Positions 62,401 to 64,000 of a DNA stretch of 64,000 nucleotides are shown one piece after another; within the stretch, counting starts at the first letter, position 1; the number at the start of each line of letters is the position of its first letter. The notes below the pieces were generated by a model. The model ran no database searches and was not told where the DNA came from. It was given only the letters and a program-made list of their open reading frames with translations. The stretch covers positions 15,540,068 to 15,604,067 of the forward strand of contig NC_083446.1 in NCBI RefSeq assembly GCF_020745735.1, read 5' to 3'. The stretch is from Hemiscyllium ocellatum (Eukaryota). The position numbers were made by a program, and so were the translations under genes.

Positions 62401-62640
62401 CTGGTTCCCACCACCCTGCCAAACTAGTTTTAACCTTCCAGAACCACACGAGCAAATCTCCCACTCAGGACATTTGTGCCCCTCCAATTCAGGTCCAAGC
62501 CGTCCTTCATGTATTACAATGCTTGTCGTACAGCCTCCAGTTCACTGATTATGAGCTGAAGTTCCTCTAGTCACAGACACTTGATGAGGGCATGTCAATC
62601 TGGATCACACCAGTTTTCAGAAGTTGCTACATCCTGAAAA
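59456..62640 (-). mobile_element. Long decayed CR1 LINE (APE and RT to 3' tail)
   Basis: FYRPPNS, MGDFNFPNIDW, PTRGEAILDLVL, GDSDHN; KSPGLDQI, NYRPVGL, DFSKAFDKI, SGVPQ; tagaacatagaa tail. Confidence 0.92.
62132..62214. repeat. 38-bp tandem duplication inside CR1
   Basis: gaaaccc recurs at 62132, 62170 and 62208; unit gaaaccc[t/a]ggaacatctagcaaccattccta[c/t]ccctgt. Confidence 0.88.
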
Positions 62641-63619
62641 GTCTCAACACATCATCTTTCCTACCATCTTAATTGATTTTAAAAACTAATAACTTTGCTT
62701 AGTAATCTTTTTGTAAAACGTAATATCTCAAATCTTGCATCAACTCATGTTCTTATTATTTTTTATGGGTGGAACCAGGGAGAGGATATTGATCAGTTAA
62801 TTGTGGAAAATAATTCATTTGGTCATCTCATTTACTAATAGAGCAGCACAGACAAATAAATTAGGAAAGACAGTTCTGACATTTCGAGAACACAAAAGGA
62901 TTTACTCAATTTTCCTACCTTCAAATGCGCAAACTTTGAAACAGCAAAGGATTTCTTCCACAATTGGCATATTCAAACTGGAGAAAGGTTATTTTAAATT
63001 ATTTGAAAATGAGCGGTAAGTCACTTATTCTTCTACATTTGTCAAGGCTCCTATGACTACGAAACAAAACTATTATCTCAATGATTTCAGTCTTTTCCTG
63101 CACACAAGCTATGAATAGTTGAAACTAGTTAAGATGGGGGGGGTGGGGGGGGGTGGGGGGGAAAGGAGAGAGGGGGAAGGAAGAGAATGGGAGTGAAGCA
63201 ATGAAATTGTACAAATGTTTTAACATTTTGATTTCTGCCTAAGGAGGAGCTAGAATGTGTCAGATCAAGATTCACTGCAAGGACAGATAAAATGATCCAT
63301 TGAAACTCTGCCGTCCCGGGATCAAGCATTGCTGCTGCGTACAGATCTCAGAGGTCAGTGTAGAAAACAAAATGAGCAGTAACACTATCAAGGACAAAGA
63401 GGGTATTTGGTGAACGGGACTGGCATTCCCTCCAAATGGCTGTGCAGGCAGCCAGGGACGTTGCACAGTCATGACTTCTGAAATTGGAAGTCAATACCTC
63501 AGTCACAGTAGCTAAACTTGGAGTGACTATACACACACACACACACACACTACAGGAAATGTGGAACAGGAGTTGCAAAACAGAGTTTTGGAAGATCTCC
63601 GATTTCCAAACTGGGCTGT

Positions 63620-64000
63620 GGCAAATGTGGGAAACCGGTCAGGAATGCATTGGAATCATCAAGTCTAAAGATAACACAGGCACAGAGATGGGTTTCAGTA
63701 GCAAATGAGCTGGGCTGGGGTAGAGATGGCTATGTTATGGAGATTTAAGTATCTGGTATGAGTGACAGTGTGATTTTGTCTTTGGAAATTCATCTTGGGG
63801 TTAAATCTGTGACTGAGGTGATGAACAGTGTGGTACAGCCTCAGTGTCAAGAAAGAGGGATAAATTCAGGAGTTTGACAAAGGAATATGTAGTGGTAGCT
63901 GAAGACAATGGATTGGTCTTCCAAACATCTACTTGGAGGAGACTTCTGCTCATCCAATACTTGGTGTGGGATAATGCAATAACAGTGGAGGAATGAACAG
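63620..64000 (-). mobile_element. Old L2-like LINE remnant; related pieces at about 2480-2700 and 25330-25690
   Basis: gaagacaatggattggtcttcc...ttggaggagacttctgctcatccaatact, shared with the other two sites. Confidence 0.5.

Overview
Eukaryotic, repeat-dense DNA, almost certainly from a shark or ray: it carries HE1-type tRNA-derived SINEs and HER1/CR1-type LINEs (taxon inferred from repeat families). The window is part of a tandem C2H2 zinc-finger (ZNF) gene cluster. It holds three intact single-coding-exon ZNF ORFs (15, 13 and 18 fingers, no recognisable KRAB, SCAN or BTB domain), at least six decayed ZNF units and two CpG-island promoters. These sit in nested retroelements: many CR1 LINE fragments (one near full length, with an SGNH-esterase ORF1), L2 and RTE remnants, an internally deleted class I-like ERV, Gmr1-type Gypsy elements with PR-IN-RT-RH domain order, and a tRNA-Glu pseudogene. 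The most notable unexplained structure is a set of about nine short Penelope-derived inserts carrying the remains of a minimal dimer-type hammerhead ribozyme, four of them with 11-16 bp target-site duplications. Also notable are the 1.6-kb direct repeats that bracket a complete promoter plus ZNF gene unit. Repeat boundaries were read by eye and are approximate to a few tens of bp unless exact sequence is quoted.
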